The notes below the pieces were generated by a model. That model worked only from the letters and a program-made list of their open reading frames with translations, was not told where the DNA came from and did no database searches. A DNA stretch of 64,000 nucleotides from an uncultured delta proteobacterium (GTDB lineage: Bacteria; Desulfobacterota; Binatia; Binatales; Binataceae): positions 544,001-608,000 of the forward strand of contig CAVRVY010000003.1 of assembly GCA_963724765.1 (NCBI GenBank). Direction: 5' to 3'. Both the position numbers and the translations under genes were made by a program. Shown here one piece after another: positions 62,649-64,000 of this stretch. The first letter of the stretch is position 1, and each line of letters begins with the position of its first letter.

Positions 62649-63580
62649 ATACCTTCGGCCTGGAAAAGATCGGTCGTCAGGTAGCGCTCCCCGGTGTCGC
62701 AGAAGACCGTCGCGACGACCTTGCCGCGGCCCAGTCGTTTGGCCACCTGAAGCGACGCGCAGCAGGCTGCGCCCGAGGAAATTCCGACCAGCAATCCCTC
62801 TTCGCGGGCGAGACGGCGCGTGTGAAGCGTCGCCTCCTCGTCGCTGACCGCGATGACTTCGTCATATACCGTGGTGTCGAGATTTTCCGGCACGAAGCCG
62901 GCGCCGATCCCCTGGATTTTGTGAAAACCGGCCTCGCCACCTTCCAGCACCGGAGAATTTTTCGGTTCGACCGCCACGATCAGCGCGCGGCTGCCGAAAT
63001 GCTCGCGCAGGTAACGGCCGACGCCGGTGATCGTGCCGCCGGTACCGACGCCCGCCACGAACGCGTCGATACGCTCGAGCTGGCCGACCAGTTCGGGCCC
63101 GGTGGTCGTATAATGGATGTGGGGATTGGCGTGGTTCCTGAACTGCTGGGGCATGAAGAAGCCCGGGTTGTCGCGCACCAGCTCCTGCGCCTTGGCAATC
63201 GCGCCATGCATCCCGCGCGTGTCCGGTGTGAGCACCAGGCGCGCGCCGTAGGCCGCCAACAGCGAGCGCCGCTCCTCGCTCATCGTGTCGGGCATCGTCA
63301 GGATAAGCTGGTAACCCTTGACGGCAGCGACCAGCGCCAGGCCGATTCCCGTGTTACCCGAAGTCGGCTCGACGATAGTTGCGCCGGGCTTGAGCCGTCC
63401 CTCGCGCTCCGCCGCCTCGACCATCGCGACGCAGATCCGGTCTTTGACGCTGCCGCCGGGGTTGAAGCTCTCAAGTTTGGCCCATATTTCGGCGTCGTCC
63501 TTGCCCGGCAGGCGATTGAGCCGCACCACAGGGGTGTGACCGACGAGTTCGAGCGGCGAGCGCGCCACGCTGTTCGGCAT
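62645..63580 (-). CDS. cysK: Cysteine synthase A
   Basis: KLESFNPGGSVKDR, EPTSGNTG, GVGTGGT, HKIQGIGAG. Confidence 0.95.
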   Translation of the reverse strand: MPNSVARSPLELVGHTPVVRLNRLPGKDDAEIWAKLESFNPGGSVKDRICVAMVEAAEREGRLKPGATIVEPTSGNTGIGLALVAAVKGYQLILTMPDTMSEERRSLLAAYGARLVLTPDTRGMHGAIAKAQELVRDNPGFFMPQQFRNHANPHIHYTTTGPELVGQLERIDAFVAGVGTGGTITGVGRYLREHFGSRALIVAVEPKNSPVLEGGEAGFHKIQGIGAGFVPENLDTTVYDEVIAVSDEEATLHTRRLAREEGLLVGISSGAACCASLQVAKRLGRGKVVATVFCDTGERYLTTDLFQAEGI

Positions 63581-63728
63581 GCCGCGATTTTAGCCGTATT
63601 CGCTCCCGTTTTGCGACTGCTATGTGATGTTTGGGCGCGGCGGAAGCCCGCGAGCGAGCAATGGCACGGGCAATAGGCCGGTCGCCTCGGACAATAGACC
63701 GGTGGCGTTTGGATGATAGAGTGCGCCG

Positions 63729-64000
63729 ATGATATCGCCGGGGCCGGAGCGGATCGCGCGTGCGGAGCGCGTGCTGGTGATTTTTCCCGGCGCACTGGGC
63801 GATCTTATCTGTCTTGTGCCCGCACTCCGCGCGCTCACCCGGCGTCACAATGGCGCCGCGCTCGAACTGATGGCGCGCGAAGAACTGGCGCGCTTCGCCG
63901 TCGCGCGGGTCGGAATCGCACACGGCCATTCACGAGCTCACTCAATTGACCGGCGCGAGGTCGCCGCGCTCTTCGCCGAAAATCCCGACCTCACCGAATC
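63729..64000 (+). CDS. Glycosyltransferase family 9 (heptosyltransferase-like), 3' truncated by the window
   Basis: MISPGPERIARAERVLVIFPGALGDLICLVPALRAL, with the GT9 N-terminal motif GALGD; missing from the ORF track because it has no stop in the window. Confidence 0.8.
   Translation, partial: MISPGPERIARAERVLVIFPGALGDLICLVPALRALTRRHNGAALELMAREELARFAVARVGIAHGHSRAHSIDRREVAALFAENPDLTE

Overview
GC-rich bacterial chromosome segment from a diderm (LPS/Kdo, Lpt, RpoN). Gene content and order resemble the deltaproteobacterial lineage, possibly Candidatus Binatota/Binataceae, which is inference only. 1-8.5 kb is an accessory redox/catabolic patch: acyl-CoA dehydrogenase, three VOC proteins, an F420-type LLM, a mycofactocin-type SDR, an atypical HpaB/AbfD-family flavoprotein, tandem SDRs and a MetE-core enzyme. 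The rest is mostly housekeeping: hldE, murJ, hemW, class I lysS, HPr-metK-ahcY, kdsB-pyrG-kdsA-lptC-lptA-rpoN-hpf-ptsN-rapZ (no lptB), a D,D-carboxypeptidase, an L,D-transpeptidase, a membrane-arm-only nuoH-J-K-L-M-N operon, rsmD-coaD-aminotransferase, a solo groEL flanked by two Lpp/OprI-like lipoproteins and a divergent Hsp20-like protein, rimI, carD-ispD, cysK-larE and a partial GT9 gene. I recognised no rRNA, tRNA, CRISPR array, integrase or transposase. Best leads: a gene flanked by a degenerate duplicate of the hemW 3' end, a 42-aa Arg-rich peptide coupled to the carboxypeptidase, a His/Met-repeat alanine-zipper lipoprotein, a structured metK leader, and many exported proteins with Ala/Pro/Ser/Thr linkers. 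All assignments come from motif recognition by eye, with no database searches.
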